Shown piece by piece: positions 63,898-64,000 of a stretch of DNA of 64,000 nucleotides. The notes below the pieces were generated by a model. It was not told the origin of the DNA, made no database searches, and saw only the letters and a program-made list of their open reading frames with translations. Origin of the DNA: Malacoraja senta (taxonomy: Eukaryota); contig CM075994.1 of assembly GCA_038087875.1 (NCBI GenBank), positions 8,372,001 to 8,436,000 of the forward strand. Direction: 5' to 3'. Each line of letters begins with the position of its first letter. Position 1 is the first letter of the stretch. Both the position numbers and the translations under genes were made by a program.

Positions 63898-64000
63898 TTC
63901 TTGTATGCATCCGAGTTACCTCGTGGTATGAATATTGATTTCCCTAACTTCAAGTAACCCTTGCTTTCCCTCTCTCTTCATCACCTCCCCCATAGCTAGG

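Noticed and set aside
63230..63910. 226-aa ORF with 22-aa repeats
   Set aside because: Open only because the 66-bp unit is a multiple of three; derived from a non-coding TE tail

Overview
Repeat-dense vertebrate genomic DNA, most likely a cartilaginous fish (inferred from HE1-like V-SINEs plus CR1, Penelope, DIRS and Rex1/Babar retroelements). One host gene is present: a + strand complement C4-like gene. Its beta-chain exons 1-5 and 7-15 (12143..63104) can be read with canonical GT-AG sites and consistent phases; exon 6 is not visible and probably lies in the 200-N gap. The most unusual region is the 24.8 kb intron 13, a nested stack of insertions. A CR1-type tail is split by a hAT-like element (38071..59480). 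That element holds a 28-bp palindromic mini-MITE, which is split at an A|T site by a 16.3 kb non-autonomous Helitron (42569..58908, minus strand). The Helitron carries a ~10 kb 71/65-bp satellite with higher-order structure, a 2.3 kb internal tandem duplication, a DIRS 3' end, a Penelope GIY-YIG fragment, and two copies of a 138-bp (GAA)n-tailed retroposon whose 5' 54 nt fold into a minimal HDV-like ribozyme. One copy of the ribozyme is intact and the other has lost the predicted catalytic C. All calls are from manual reading; no database searches or folding programs were run.
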